A stretch of DNA of 61,101 bases, the filler included. It is 7 parts of 7 records of this genome, joined end to end, with 100 filler letters (N's around TTAATTAATTAA, not from the genome) between each part and the next. Parts side by side here need not be neighbours in the genome. Positions count along the whole stretch, not along the records: positions 55,481 to 61,101 come from SRR31156797_64010; 6 more parts are not named here. One strand, 5' to 3'. The position numbers and the translations under genes were made by a program. A model generated the notes under the pieces. It was not told the origin of the DNA, did no database searches, and saw only the letters and a list, made by a program, of their open reading frames with translations. Positions 60,218 through 61,101 of the stretch are shown piece after piece (within the stretch, counting starts at the first letter, position 1; every line of letters begins with the position of its first letter).

Positions 60218-61101
60218 ATGGCAGAAATCGTAATCATCGGAGCGGGAAGCCTGGTATTTTCCAGCCGTCTGACCGCCGACATCCTTACCTATCCCGAGCT
60301 GGCGGACTCACACTTCCGTCTGGTCGACACCGATCCCGACCGACTGAAATACGCCGAAGAAATCGTCCGCCGCATATTCAAAGAGGGCAACTACACAAAC
60401 GCCAGCGTAACGAGTTACTCCGACAGGAAAGAGGCCCTGAAAGGGGCCCGGTATGTGATCATATCGATCCTCATCGGCGGATATGAAGCGATTGAGAAGG
60501 AGATCGACATCCCCCGGAAATACGGGATCGATCAGTGTATAGGCGACACCCTGACCCCCGGCGGTATCATGCGCTGCGTCAGGACCCTGCCGATTCTTGA
60601 GGAGATGGCCGATGATATCCTTGAGATCTGTCCCGATGCACAGGTCCTCAACTACACGAACCCCATGGGAATGCTTTCCAAGGGATTTATCGAATACGCC
60701 CCGGAACTCAACTATGTAGGTCTCTGCCACTCGGTCCAGGCCACTGCGGATGAGTGGGCCCGAAGGCTCGAACTGCCTCTGGAGGAGCTCAACTACCTCT
60801 GCGCCGGGATCAACCATGAAGCCTGGTATCTGAAGTTTGAGCATAGCGGAGAGGACCTCCTCCCCCGGATGCGGGATCTGGCAGTCAAACCCGAAGTCTG
60901 GTACGGAGACACCGCCCGGATGGAGTACGCCAAACATCTGGGTTACCCGGTTACCGAATCCAGCGGACATGTCTCCGAATACAACCCCTGGTTCCGGAAA
61001 AACGAGAAAACCATTGAACGCTACTGCACAGATGAGTACACCGACTGGAACGGCGATCATGCTTTCATAAAAACTCTCTACAACCGGCCTGACTGGAAGG
61101 A
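60218..61101 (+). CDS. melA: GH4 NAD-dependent glycosidase (alpha-galactosidase MelA-like), runs off the window end
   Basis: Manual translation MAEIVIIGAGSLVFS...IPRKYGIDQCIGDTLTPGGIMR...NYTNPM...VGLCHSVQ...AGINH...TESSGH.SEY. Absent from the ORF track because there is no stop. Confidence 0.88.
   Translation, partial: MAEIVIIGAGSLVFSSRLTADILTYPELADSHFRLVDTDPDRLKYAEEIVRRIFKEGNYTNASVTSYSDRKEALKGARYVIISILIGGYEAIEKEIDIPRKYGIDQCIGDTLTPGGIMRCVRTLPILEEMADDILEICPDAQVLNYTNPMGMLSKGFIEYAPELNYVGLCHSVQATADEWARRLELPLEELNYLCAGINHEAWYLKFEHSGEDLLPRMRDLAVKPEVWYGDTARMEYAKHLGYPVTESSGHVSEYNPWFRKNEKTIERYCTDEYTDWNGDHAFIKTLYNRPDWK

Noticed and set aside
60308-61060. 250-aa minus-strand ORF
   Set aside because: It is the shadow of the plus-strand GH4 gene starting at 60218.

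Overview
This window is not one locus. It is seven unrelated contig fragments joined by artificial 100-bp linkers (N44-TTAATTAATTAA-N44) at 16762, 23116, 32224, 38707, 44638 and 55381. Taxonomic labels are inferred from gene style and composition. (1) 1-16761, Desulfobacterota-like: partial MATE transporter, MerR regulator, two complementary acyl-CoA dehydrogenases with an acyl-CoA ligase, a deleted Zn-ADH pseudogene, an enolase-superfamily enzyme, brnQ, a sigma54-linked PEP-CTERM gene, a TetR / SCP2-like / glycyl-radical enzyme / activase module, an FkbM methyltransferase and a GGDEF tail. (2) 16862-23115, Methanosarcinaceae-like: LamG surface protein, ABC-ATPase remnant, photolyase with SOUL protein, candidate MITE, HAD hydrolase, glycosyltransferase. 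(3) 23216-32223, Deltaproteobacteria-like: EF-hand protein, solo IS3-type HTH, Trm112-like/methyltransferase fusion, and a GntR / Fe-S / molybdopterin oxidoreductase / Fe-S / acyl-CoA ligase operon. (4) 32324-38706, Methanosarcinaceae-like: corA, glycogen-type glycosyltransferase and GalT genes, DUF21 protein. (5) 38807-44637: ABC-F, radical SAM protein, rnc, tRNA-Cys, PEP-CTERM gene, thpR, nadC tail. (6) 44738-55380: PAS kinase and NtrC-type regulator ahead of a sigma54 promoter for a receiver-HEAT-CheR-CheY-CheA-MCP cluster. (7) 55481-61101, possibly a spirochaete: flavin oxidoreductase tail, DUF1893-ABC fusion, MCP, AraC, GH4 glycosidase. The best novelty candidate is the diol-dehydratase-like glycyl-radical enzyme, which has a four-cysteine insertion and a remodelled substrate loop and is co-oriented with an SCP2-like protein. 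A probable heteromeric acyl-CoA dehydrogenase pair lies on the same contig. All product calls come from motifs recognised by eye; no database search was run.
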